A DNA stretch of 63,699 nucleotides, filler included, from Nemertoderma westbladi (taxonomy: Eukaryota; Animalia; Xenacoelomorpha), in the NCBI GenBank assembly GCA_032718475.1. It is 3 parts of 3 records of this genome, joined end to end, with 100 filler letters (N's around TTAATTAATTAA, not from the genome) between each part and the next. Parts side by side here need not be neighbours in the genome. Positions count along the whole stretch, not along the records: positions 33,976 to 63,699 come from JAUCBJ010005989.1; 2 more parts are not named here. One strand, 5' to 3'. Position numbers and translations under genes: made by a program. The notes under the pieces are model-generated. The model had not been told where the DNA came from and ran no database searches. It saw nothing but the letters and a program-made list of their open reading frames with translations. Below are positions 34,971-47,430 of this stretch, piece after piece (position 1 is the stretch's first letter; each line of letters begins with the position of its first letter).

Positions 34971-37726
34971 GTAAAACTGATTTTTTATATATTGCTTACG
35001 TATACTGTATGTGTTGTTGGTTGGTTAACAAGCCTAAATTATTATCTTAGATAATAGCTGGATCTCATTCAGGTACTGTTATAATATCATCAATGTTGTT
35101 GGTATTTAATATATTCAGCAACAGTTTAGGCAGTGCTGGATTAAGCCTCTGGAGGCCCTAAGGCACATTTTAGTAATTTCCAAAAATGGCCCGAAAATTG
35201 ATATTTTTCCGCAAACCCTTTCAAAAGAAAAAGCTGCTAAAATCAACTGAAATTGTGAAAATATTGCGAATGAAATATAAAGTATTTTCGTTGGATGACT
35301 GTGTGTAAATAAGTACTAAGTACTATTTTGTGATAGACAAAGTGTAGCAGTTACAAAATTGGTTCTAGAAGATCCAAATGGCCATGTTTTACAAACCAAT
35401 ATTCACGATTGTAGCCGTAAAGATGGTAAACATTTTGTATATGTTTAATGGAAATTGAGTAAAAAATAAAAAAGTAGTAGGGAATTTAGTGATGAAAAAA
35501 GTCAAAATCGACAAACTGATAAAAAGGTTGTTTTATACAGAGAGGCATAAATATAAGCAATATATTATGTGTTGAAAAGAGCTTTTTGAGGTCAAAAAAT
35601 AATTCAATGTTGAAAACCGATATCACCTTTTATGAAAGCCCTTCTATCAAACAGCAAATCAATTTTGATCGGTTCTTGGAAATGTGTTATTTATTTGCTG
35701 TATGGTAGGTTTCGCAGGGTTCTTATCTATACTGGACTTGCTGAGAAATATAACACACCAAAAGTGTGGGGCTTAGTGCAAAGATATAATATTTCTGATC
35801 TATATTTGGACTTGCTGAGAAAGTAATGTTCTTCGATAAGAGAAGTAAATAAATAAATGGAAATAAAAGGAAATAAGTACTTTTTGTCACTAATTTTAAT
35901 TTACCCAAATTCAATTATGCTTTCCGAGAGTTTTAGGTTTTGCAGGAATTGCATCTAAAATTCCATCGAATGCAAAATTTAATACACGAGGCCAGAACAT
36001 CTGAATTTTGGTTAAATGAAATTACAGTAGTGACAATAAGTTATTTCTGACACGTTTATTTTTACCAACAACTATTTTATCTACAACAAATTTATCCTTT
36101 TTTTTTCATCTATTAGAGCCTATATTAATAAAACTCGTTTCCGGTGAAAAAAATTAATTTCGCACTACCATCTTCAGGCCGTACATTAACGACCTTGATT
36201 TACGATGTACAGTATTTCATGCAGGCATGTCAAAACGTAATTATTTAGTTGTTCTAGAAAGTTTTAAGTACGTAACTACAAATAATTCCCCACAAATAAA
36301 TAAAATTAAATTCTCCATTGTTCATAATTAGCACTTTAATGTTTTATTATTTCCCTGCCATCAGATCAGGTCTTGAACTAATAACACAAGCAGCTGTCGG
36401 TCGATTGATTTTGCAATTTCTACCACAAATCTAGTGATAGGAAGTAGTCGAAAGATGCACTTTTGTTCTGTTTTCTAGAAATTTTAGTGAGAAACAAATT
36501 GGGCTTTTCAGATACAAATATTTTTTTTCATAGGAATGACTCGCTGAGAAAAAATGGCCCGTATTTTCGTCTGGCCCTAAGGATTATTTCACTGTAAGGT
36601 AGCAATTTATAGTACCACGTAAAAACTTTCTAAATCCGACGTATTTTGACTTAATTTGTATTAATGTAATATGCCTATATATTTTTTTATTACGCCGGAT
36701 GTGGCAACAGTACAGTAAAACATTAAAATTAATAATATAATTATAAGCACGATAAGTAAAATCCATACTGACGTATAAAATATGTAGAGTTATAAGAGTT
36801 AAAACGGTAAAATAAAATAGTGGGGATACCACCTCGCCTTGCTATAATCAGCTGGTTATTCTAAGGCATCCCATTTAGTAAGTGAGTGCTGGTTGCCAGG
36901 GCAACGTAATAAATGGTACAGGGAGGCCTCCTCTTGGCCGCACAGTGTACAGATACAGGATGAGTTTGATTGGTGGAATTGCTTGTTCTGACAAATCCGG
37001 TGGTGGAAACCATGAACACTGTATCTAGTTGTAACATGTCGATTCAGGTTGTTGGAGTTGCACCAGTTTATGTTGCTAAACCCAATGCAAGACCAAAACG
37101 CGGGGGAATTTCTTGATGCTTAATATCGACTCTATTAGTATATAGAATGAACTCGGGGGTGGCAGTGAGATGAAGCTGTGAAACGATATCGCAAATGAGG
37201 GTGCGTTCGTTGCATAATGCGAGCACTAGCCGGTTCCTTGTGGACTTATTGAGACCTAGAACTTTCTTAAGATAGGTTGATTTGATTTTATCCATAAATT
37301 CCAAGTTAGTTGCAGTTATGAAAGGCCAAATTTCACGTAAGCTGTATATAACCACGGGAACAATTTTCAATTTAAACAGTTTTATTGCACAGGATAGAGA
37401 AAGGAGATATGGTTTGTTGATTGATTGGATTACTGATATCGCTTTACATGTTATACAGGTGATGTGCTTTGTAAAAGATAACTTTGTTTGAAGAGTTACC
37501 CCAAGATATTTATATGAGTTTACTAATTCCAGTGGTTGTCCATTAAATGTAAATTTATCTTCTTTGCTAAGTCGCCCTCCACGTCGAAACTTCATCACTT
37601 TGGTTTTGGACAAGTTGACATCTAGACCATTTTCTGCAGACCATTCGGCCACTGCGTTGAGCCCAGCCTGGATGGCTTCACGGGAATCGCCGTAAAATAG
37701 GAGGTCATCCGCTGGCGGTGGCGGTC

Positions 37727-37814
37727 GTTGTGGCGGTGCAATTTTGTTGACAAGCCGGCACAGCATTCTTAAAAATGCAGCTGCAATGCAGCATGCCGAT
37801 CCTAGTAGTAGTAG
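37727..37814 (+). mobile_element. ~88-bp extreme 3' fragment of the RTE element at 59618-61270, inserted in the LINE RT
   Basis: gttgtggcggtgcaattttgttgacaagccggcacagcattcttaaaaatgcagctgcaatgcagcatgccgatc+(tag)4 is the near-exact reverse complement of about 59618-59705. Confidence 0.92.
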
Positions 37815-38463
37815 TTCTTAATAGACTGCATGGAAGGTTATCCGAAAAAATTAAAAGTAGTAGTAATATTTTTGATTTTCGGATGCCATCGAATAATTGG
37901 ATGTAGTTTACGCTTAATATAGATTCGATAATTTTATACAGGTTACCGCTAATATGAAAGGAATTTCGGAGCTTGAACAGTAGCCTAGAGCGAGGTACAG
38001 AGTCGAACACTTTCTTAAAGTCTACGTAGACAGCGTAGAGTGGTTTCTTGGGTGTTGAGAGATTTTGGTATATGCAGTTTATAAGCTGGGCAGTCGGTAT
38101 CGACGTGGACTTCCCTGGCATGAAGCCAAATTGCTCGGGAGGAATACGGTGTGATACCAGGGGACGTAGGCGCTTTTCAATTAAACTAGTTAGTATTTGG
38201 AATGCGTTGCATAGCAACGAGATTCCCCTATATGAGTTAGGGTCGAAACGGGAGTTTTGCCTTTGTATAATACCATCATAATACTTAACTTCCAACAGTT
38301 AACCAGGTTTCCAGTGGACAGGCAAATATTAAATAGAGGGGAATGACTGCGGCTGGGATCGCTTTAAATAGTTCATAGGGAACTCTATCTGGTCCGCCAG
38401 ATTTTCCCGGTTTCTTTCCTTTAATCACTGACTCTATTTCCTCGGGTGTGAACAACGGAATAT

Positions 38464-38765
38464 TGCCGGACCCGGGGAGGTCGCCAGGCCCGGGTAGGTC
38501 GCCGGACCCGGGGAGGTCGCCAGACCCAGGAAGGTTGCCATACCCGGGGAGGTCGCCGGACCCAGGAAGGTCGCCAGACCCGGGGAGGTTGCCGGACCCG
38601 GGGAGCTGTCCGGCCAGAAAGGTCGCCGGACCTGGGGAGGTCGCCGGACCCAGAGAGGTCGCCGGAACCCGGGGAGGTCGCCGGACCCGGGGAGGTCGCC
38701 GGACCCAGGGAGCTGTCCAGACCCGGGGAGGTCGCCGGACCTGGGAAGGTCGCCGGACCTGGGGA
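38464..38765 (+). repeat. 18-bp GC-rich minisatellite (gccggacccggggaggtc) inside the LINE ORF
   Basis: About 17 copies; the minus strand reads (SGDLPG)n just before SGNIPLFTPEEI. Confidence 0.93.
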
Positions 38766-41677
38766 TGGTAACAGTATTTGTAAGGTTGTTAGCAGTCCCG
38801 GATTGTGACCCGTCATCTAGATTGGTACTTGCATCGATCTCGTGGTTAGGGTTCGCAGATAATATTTTTGCAAAGTGATTTTCCCATGTCTCCAGGGGGA
38901 CCGGACAAATAGTAGGTCTATGTTTCTGTTTGATCCAGCAATGAGGTTTGTTTTCTGCATCTGCTAGCAGCCTTATCTCCTTGATACGTAAATATTCATT
39001 TCGTTTCATGTTCAGTAGTTGTTTGTACTCTCTTTTGGCATGGCAGAGGGACTCTCGAAGAGTCGTATTCGTTTTTGGTGCGTAAATTTAACGAAATGAC
39101 TTCTTTGCATTTCGAATAGCATTGGGAATCGAACCATGGTTTTGCCGTTCGGTCCCTAATTTTAATCAACAGTGCGGCTTCGCGCACGGCCAGAGTTAGT
39201 TTGTTGTAAGACAGTTGTATCACCTTTTTGGATATAGTTGTCTGCTTCAATCAGACGATCGTCCGATTCGAGTTCAGCTGGGTCTAGAGTCTGTTTCCTG
39301 GCAGGATCCACTTTTCCGGAATGGGCGAGGAGCCGGATTAGATCGCTCTCCCATACACAGATAATGGGAACGTGTTTACGGATACAACTGGGTTGATAGC
39401 ATACAGAATACGGTGTTTTATTTGAGAAAATTGCGTCAATTGTGCCATCCCATTATGGCAGATGTAAGTTGGCTCATTGGTGTCTGTCTCGAGGGATAAT
39501 CCTGAATCTTCCATTAATTCAAGCAGTGCAGTAGCTTTATTATTGTTTTCGATACCGCTGTCAAGTCTCGCGTTAAAATCTCCCCCAATATGCCTATATG
39601 TAATATGCCTATTCCTACTAGTAGATATTAGTTCATCGGTGACTCTATTGGGGCAGTGGTCAGATGGGTTAAGGCGTTGGTTACATTATAGCTATTAATT
39701 TTCGATTTGACTGAACTAGAAAAGCCAATGATATGCGTAAAACACGTGGAATGATGAGTTGGGCCAATCATAGGGCATCAAACATCTTATTGCTCCAATG
39801 TGAGGCCATGGAATGTCCTGGAATGTTCTAGCTAATTCATGTCCCAGATTTGCTATATAAGGGCCGGTTTAGCCTGCGGTTATCACTAACACTCAATGCA
39901 CTAATGTTAACTTCGGTTATCACTCTTGCTTACTAGTGTCACTTTACTCTTATCACTGTACAATCATTGGCATATAACACTCAATTTGGTTATTATTTGT
40001 GAAAGTAAAGTTGATAAGTTTGTAAATTACGTATATATACTGTAAACTCTTGGACATGTATATTTTACTCGATCCACATTTGCATTTGGGAAATGGCTGC
40101 CTAAACAGTTAGGCCGTCAGCAACGCTAGGGAAAAGATGTCCACAACAAACTAAGCGCCCACATTAGATTCGCCCGCGCGCCCCATTTGAAGCATGATCC
40201 TTGCCATACAGTGCCCACGTCAGAGGAAGGTAAGACTTTGTTTGACGCCCTTGACCACAGTAAGACCTATAGATCAGGGTAAAGCGTGACGCTGTCCTGG
40301 GACAATTTAGGACTAAATAATTTAGATTCAGATTAGGAGGCGACTGACAAAATCCCTGGATTAACCTGTATATCTTACAGGTGTGAGCTATTTCTGTACG
40401 TTAGTACGCGCAAGTACACTTTAGGTGTGGATAGCACATGCTCTATAATTTAGTGATTTGCAGTACTGACAGTTCCGTACCGGTTCACCATTTAGTTTAT
40501 ACAGTCAGCCCCCTGTCTGAGTCCGAAATATTTAGTCAGGAAAGGAGCAGCTTTCTGCTACCGGCACATGCTTGGCTTAGGGAGGTTACTAATATCCTAC
40601 CGCGCCTTGCCACCTACTGATAGGTATTTACTGCGAACCACCGCAGTAACAAAGTTCTAGAATCAAAATTAGTATACCAGATCAGTTACGTACGGTAGTA
40701 ATTAACAACTATTATCTTATCTTACAACCAGAATCTGGTATTAGTGCCGATCACGGGTGTAGTTACTAACACCGTAATTGCCTGGTTGAGTTGAGGATAA
40801 GGAGGAGAGAGCTTTGATGTCAGTTTGTAAGTATATTGTTTTGATTAAAATCACTAAAACCTAGCAAAAGGCGATACACCAAAATTGTTTTTTTCGTAAC
40901 ACACACACACACACACGCCCTAAACATATATATCCCTCTTTGAGACCCACTAGCTATAGATTACTTTAGGCTACATTTCAGTAAGATCTATTTTGTAGTT
41001 CTACCATTCGTATTTGTATTTTAGGAAGTATTTGATTTATGGCAAGGAATATTTAGTCATGCGACCCTATCTTCCTACTTTCCTATCTGAGTAGTATTGT
41101 TACCCCTTTTGACTGCTATTTGTCTGTCAGTCCATATAGTTGTTTTTTTACTTTAGGCACTACCCCCCTTTTGACTGCTATCGCCTCTATAGTAGTATTG
41201 TTACGCTAGTCTGTTAATCCGCTAGCTCGTATATAACCCATATAAATCACACCACGGCAAGTTTACGGTATTTAGGTCCGTTAGCGATAGTTAGGATTCG
41301 CTGCGCGGGGATTATTTTCCCGCGAGTTTGGGCTGTTACTGTAGACTGTACATCTGCCTCACCGGTTAGAGGCCGGGTATCCTGTTTTGTCTAGTTTGCC
41401 CGGGCATTTGACTCGCCCACGTATTAGAATAGACACCAGGCTCCGTTCCTCGCCAGTAGTAGTTTGCATATTTAGTATCTGTTTATTTAGACACCCTGGA
41501 CTGGGATTTATTGTCAGATACTGTACGAGCCCGTATACACTACTAGATTCCACAGTAAGGTACATTGTTACTAGGATCCGGTAGGCGGTATACTACTGGA
41601 CTTTTCAGTAAGACATATTTTATAGCTTAGTATTAGTAAATTTTTAGGCCGTAGGATAGCCCTTACTAAAAGGGATC

Positions 41678-41866
41678 TTGGAGTAGGAGATGTATACTAA
41701 TATATCTTATTAGCTATTGTAAAATTACGACATACTCTTATTAATAAAGATTAATATCTTCAATAAAGATTTTGATTCGGTCGGCTGATAGTGATAGCTG
41801 TCGGCTGTCGGCTGTCGGTTACTGCTGTGACTATACCTCCATCCCCTATCAAACTCGAATATCACA
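41678..41866 (+). mobile_element. Possible 3' LTR with polypurine tract of a decayed LTR element
   Basis: ttggagtaggaga immediately precedes TGTATA (41691); two AATAAA inside; ends TATCACA (41866). No second LTR found. Confidence 0.3.
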
Positions 41867-41934
41867 TGAACAACACAATAAACTCCGCTCTAAACAGATT
41901 TTCTAAACTTAAATCTCTCAAAAATGTAAAAATC

Positions 41935-42325
41935 AAATAGAATAAATGGCCTTCAGCGAACGATAATTCTTTCAATCTTTGAACGCCTATATCTCAGCTG
42001 TTTCTCAACTAACTTCAAATATTGTTACATATATTGAATCTTGCAACGCAAGCTTTCTAATGATATGAAAAATTCTTCACTAATGTGAAGAATGGCGACG
42101 ATAGGAGATGTGCAATTTCACAAAAGACACTTATAAAACGCTTGTAAAAACAAATTTATAGACAATATCGAAAATTCCGGCTTCATGGTAACAACCACGG
42201 TGAGTGGAACTAGTTGTGTTTCAAATTTCAAGCCATATGATAAAGATTTGTAGAAAATTCTAGGGGTGGGCGTGTCCGTGTCATCAGAAAATGACACCAT
42301 ATTACGGGTCATGGTTTATATTAAT
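41935..42325 (+). repeat. Dispersed repeat, copy 2 of 1470-1865
   Basis: Collinear high similarity with 1470-1865. Confidence 0.85.
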
Positions 42326-43539
42326 GAGATAGAAGAGATTCACCACTTTCCAAAACAACGGTGTTTATTCAAATTAGAATATTATATTGGAAATTAATTG
42401 TCCGCACTTCACGGTCTTCATCCAGTAAGCAACCGAGGGTGGACTCTCTATAGCCGAGGGGCACTTGTATAATAACTAATAATCACGAACCCCATCCTCT
42501 TATAATATATAACTCTGTAGTAGTCAGTAGCAGTAGTAGTAATAGTAGTAGTAGTAGTAGTATAAGTAGTAAGTAATAGTAAAGGAGATCGGTTTAAACC
42601 AAAGTGATAAAGTAACATTATTATATAACATAATCATATAGACAAAGTAGAATAAGATACAGATTCATAATTATTTTATCAAACTCATGTACTACTTACT
42701 TCAATGTGCCAATTGTAATAATAATTAAACATATTATTCCGATTAATCTGCGTTTGGCCCTATAAGATATTATACTGAAGTGTTTTATATCAATATATCC
42801 ATGCGAGTAAACAAGAAGTGAAGTAAATGTTTATTATTATAGTTTTAGAAATTGAATGATATACCCAAGATAGTGAAATAGATAATATACAAGAAATTGC
42901 CATTTGATCAGATATATCAAAGCGGCGTCTTTAGTATAATACCGTAATAGTATTAATTAACTCTGTTATACAATGTAAATATACTAAATCTATTTATAAA
43001 TATATTATGAGCCCTACATTGTATATTTCTCCTACAGGTAGACAATGTAGTATGTTAAAACTTGATATATTTTGGTATAATGTATAACATATTACAAATA
43101 AGACTGAGGCAGCTAAACTATATTGCAAAGAAATCAAATATCCTAAAGTAATATACTAGACCCTCCCTCCACCCTATAAATAGTGTTCACCACCTACCCC
43201 ACCCACCGCCCTTATTACTCCGTTCCCTCCGCTGGGGGGGTTAAGTTGTAGGTTTTGACACTATGCAAAATCCGAGCACAGAGTTAGAAGCGCATTGGAT
43301 AGGCGAACATTTCTTGCAGTGAAAGTATTTCCATACCTATTATAGTTTTCGAGATAGTCAGACATGAGTAGCTAAAATTTGAATTTTTTTCGGTAAAGTC
43401 TGATTTCACCGGTACCTGTCATCCGAAATACGGATTGTGATATATCGTTTGATGCAGGTCCACTAACTGTACATTCACATATTTTCAAGGAAAAAATTCG
43501 ATCAAAAATATTTTCGAATTACCGGAAGCAGACTTTGGA

Positions 43540-44720
43540 CGACCATATCTCCGGTACCGGTAGGCCTATTGAGTCAAAATTTTTTTTAATCTACTTAGAA
43601 CACTCCAGTGAATGTTTTTTAGTTTGAAAGTTTTGCCCCAAAATGCTCAGAAGTAATTTCGAAAAAACTGATCATTTCGCGATCATGATCTTTTGACCCC
43701 CTAGAATTGAACTTTTTTATGGTCAAATTTTGGCTACCCCCCCTAATTCGAGGGTGAGGAATCTTTTTGTAATGTTAAGTTTTTTCATACGGTGAACTCA
43801 CAGGACTTGGTCTTCGAAATAAAACCGAAAACATGATCTTTCCTGATCATAGCCTGATCAAATCGCTTTTTGAAAATTTCGAAATGCCCAAAAGTTGCCC
43901 CTTCTTAATAGAAGTCAATTAGTAAAATAAAAATCGGGGGTCTCAAACAAAGTTTTCGAGAAAATCGGGAAAAACCGAAAAACATGATCTTTTATGATCA
44001 GGAAGCTGATCTCGAGAACCGGTTAACCGATCGAGCCAATTTTTTTTTTAATCAACTCAGAATAGACCATTGAACATTTCTTACAATGAATGTTTATTAG
44101 AAAAATGCTTAGATTCGATTTTAAATATACTGATCTTTTCGCGATCATGATCTTGCGTTTTGACCCACTAGACTTGAACTTTTTTACGCCCAAATTTTGC
44201 CTACCCCCCATAATTCGAGGGTGAGGAATCTTTTTGTGATGTTAAGTTTTTCCATACGGTGAACTCACAGGACTTGGTCTTCGAAATAAAACCAAAAACA
44301 CGATCTTTTCTGATCGCGGCCTGATCAAATCGCTTTTTGAAAATTTCGAAATGCTCAAAAGTTGCCCCTTCATCATAGAAGTCGATTCGTAAAAAAAAAT
44401 TCGGGGGTCTCAAACAAAGTTTTCGAGAAAAGTGGAAAAAACCGAAAAACACGATCTTTAATGATCAGGTATCACATCTCGAGAACCGGTTGTCCAATCG
44501 AGCCAATTTTTTTTTTAATCGACTCAGGGCGGTGTTCTGAACGTTTCCTACAGTAATTGTTTATATCCAAAATGCTTAGTTACGATTTTACAAAGTCCGA
44601 TCTTTGCGCGATCATGATCTTGCGTTTTGACCGGGAAGAATTCACTTTTTTTAAAATCTTTTAACGGGAATCATGACTAATGTGGGGTCGCTGAATATTT
44701 TTGTAATGTTAACTTTTGCG
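43540..44720 (+). repeat. ~468-bp direct repeat, about 2.5 copies, probably inside an unclassified non-autonomous DNA element
   Basis: taattcgagggtgaggaatctttttgt at about 43744 and 44211; gatcatgatctt at about 43681, 44143 and 44610. Confidence 0.8.
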
Positions 44721-45500
44721 ATTGGAGCAAGCCTTGAGTGTCCGATTGCTGATCAAAACTGATCTTTGCTGATCATGGTCAAGATCATGATCGGATCACT
44801 CTCAACTTTTTCATTTGAATGTAAACCCATATGCTGCCTATCGATTGGCGCCGGTCCCAAGTCCGTAGCATTAGCGGTTCTGGACTTATGTCCATAGCAA
44901 CGTGGTTGCTAGGGAAGCGGACTTTTTGACTCAAATTGGCCCTAGCCGGAGAACCGTAGACTTTTTTAACACATTATGTATGGCGAAAAGTCTTCTGGAT
45001 AAATTTTTTTTTGGGGGGGGGGGGGGTCTAGGAACATCCTATTGTTCGTTTTCGCTTAGTTGCTGAGATCCTCTCGTCCACCAAATCCCAGGATTCTATA
45101 AAGGCATTCTGCTGGACTAGTTCCATGGCCGGAATAGTGTTCGGTGTTCTGCGAACAGAGAACCTAATCGGTTTAGGGCCCTGACCGTCCAGTCAAAATA
45201 AACTACAACAACGAAATCCCTAATATAAACTAGAAACTTATAATTTGTTCTAGCTATATGGTCACGATGAGGTTATATAATATTTATCACACCAATAACA
45301 GGCCTGGTTTGGTTAGGGTAAGTGTCATCCACAAATTAAGGATGTCATCCTCAAATTAAGGTTCTTATTCTCAAATCAAATCAAAATCTATATTCTCATT
45401 TCATGATGGATTAAAATTAATTATATCCCATCCCATGTTCTCTCTTTTGACTTTAGCAGCTGCAGGTCAGCGCAACCATCAAATGGGAGATTCACTTTAA

Positions 45501-46388
45501 GGCCGGAGTACCCCCCCCCCCCCCTGGTCAAAATTTCAAATGTCTGTTTGTTATTTACCCTATAGCAGAATTTAATGAGGATTTCAAATCTGAAAAGCGC
45601 TTAGCGAAACCTCAATTTAGTTCTCGAGTTATCGCTGTTTTCCTGTGTGACGGTCTGTCTATAAAATTGTAAGAGAGACAGACAACCGACAGACAGACTA
45701 GATTCCACCAAACCTTAAAACTGACATTGGAAATGAAATCAGCGACCCCGAAAACCCCCAAAATGAACTTTTTAGCCCGGTGATGTGCTCCCATCATGCC
45801 TGAAATAATTAACCAACTAGACCACAGACAGCAAGTTCTGGCGGGAAGGTTTAAACTTTGAAGGCAACTATCTCGGAATGACATTTTTTATTATTCAAAA
45901 TACTACTCCTCCACCATTTTTCATTTTTATTTTTGGCTCATTCGAAAGGGTTTCGACGGTTCTTTTAAAGTTATCGGTTGGAATTTTTATAATTCTGCAG
46001 GATGTATTTACAGCCAATTTTTCAGATTAAAGCCAAAAATTTATAAAAATTATGCCTCATATTAAAAAAAATTAATTAATTTTCATAAAAAGGCAAAACT
46101 AAAAATTGTAACCGATAACTTTTGTAGAGCTGGACCTCCGTAATTCGAAAAAAATTGGTTTCAGACAATTTTACCTAAAATTGAATGAGTAGCATTTTAA
46201 ACGCAAATCTTGTTTCATTCAATAGCTGCTAGTGGACGACTGGAAATTAGAAAATTTTTCGAAAAAACTAATGTTTAGCCACATGTTAACAGCCCATACT
46301 GTATAAAATTAAAATATTTTAATTTCAGTACAAATTTTAAAAAGTGTTCAGGGGGGGGGGGGGGGGGGGGGGGTACTGTACTCCGGCC
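45501..46388. mobile_element. TTAA-flanked non-autonomous DNA transposon (Kolobok-like termini)
   Basis: ttaa|ggccggagtac+poly-C ... poly-G+gtactccggcc|ttaa. A TTAA target duplication with purine-purine termini fits Kolobok rather than piggyBac (CC termini). Confidence 0.8.
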
Positions 46389-47430
46389 TTAATTTGTATC
46401 TACTGTAGCATATTGGACAAATGTCCCTTAAGAATATATCGAATGCATTTCTTATTGGACAGATGTTTGTCTACACTGATGTTTGTCACCTGAAGTGTAT
46501 CAATAATCTCAGTTGCATCCATTCCAGTGTACAAATGTCACATTGATATTCTTAGGTAACAGCCGGTATAATAATTATGCATTCACTGACATCTGTAATT
46601 CTGTCCCCCGAAAATTTAGTTACATTTAATGCATTGTATGTGGTTACAAGCTGTATATATCAGAAGAATGTCCATTAAGAGATTCATTCTTCCCTTCAGT
46701 TATTGGTCAATTATTTGTACATAATAATCTCTGTAGTATCAATAACCATTCCACTACCTTCAACATTGGTATCAGCTGGTAATTAATGAAGCCATTAACT
46801 GACATCTGTAAGTCTGTCCTCCGAAATTATACTTCATTCATTGTATGTGGTTTGTGAAATCTATATAAAAGTGTATTTCGCTTTTTCACTGAGCACAATA
46901 AACTTGTAACTGGGGACGGCATCGCATACTCGTAAGTCTAGGTGAGCCTTTGCATAGAGGTAGAGGTGGTGGAACTAGCCATTCGCTACTTAGCGGCCGA
47001 CAGAGGAACTTCTGCCTGTGTGTAAAATTTATAAACTGTTAATAGACTACATGTGTACCACGTTGACTTCCATAGATTGAACGACTTATCAGCGTTCACA
47101 AATTTCCAATGAGAACGACAATGACATATGGGTCCGTAAGTTATACCTCTAAGCTCAGGATCACCTTTTGATCCCCCCCAAAGACCCATGATTGATAAGG
47201 ATCGACCCATATTTGGTGTTTATTTTGCAATAAATTATTATACATAAACTGTACAATGTTAAAAATAGGTATTTTCCTTCTCTCAATAATTATGTTGGTT
47301 GAGGGTAAATCCAAGATCTCGGCACCAGAACCAAATACTGAATCACTTGAACGCAATGTAAGTATAGTGTAAAATAATTAAATCGTTAATAAAGTACAGC
47401 ACAGCTATAATATATTAGGTAAACTCCACT

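Larger units (their letters stand above)
36800..39830 (-). mobile_element. Degraded LINE (APE endonuclease, RT, Cys/His domain), same clade as 16795-18305
   Basis: IGGDFNAR (about 39568-39590), PWFDSQC, FTPEEIESVIKGKKPGKSGGPD, SYRGISLL, EQFGF, YVDFKKVFDSV, ADDL, NLSKTKVMKFRRGGRL, YKYLG, HGFHHRIC...CTLC...LYHLLRC; multiple frameshifts and insertions. Confidence 0.9.

Noticed and set aside
35130-36585. hAT-like MITE left end (cagtgctggattaag...ggccctaaggc)
   Set aside because: No matching right TIR or TSD found.
46890-47360. Short minus-strand ORFs before the satellite
   Set aside because: No recognisable domain or consistent splice structure.
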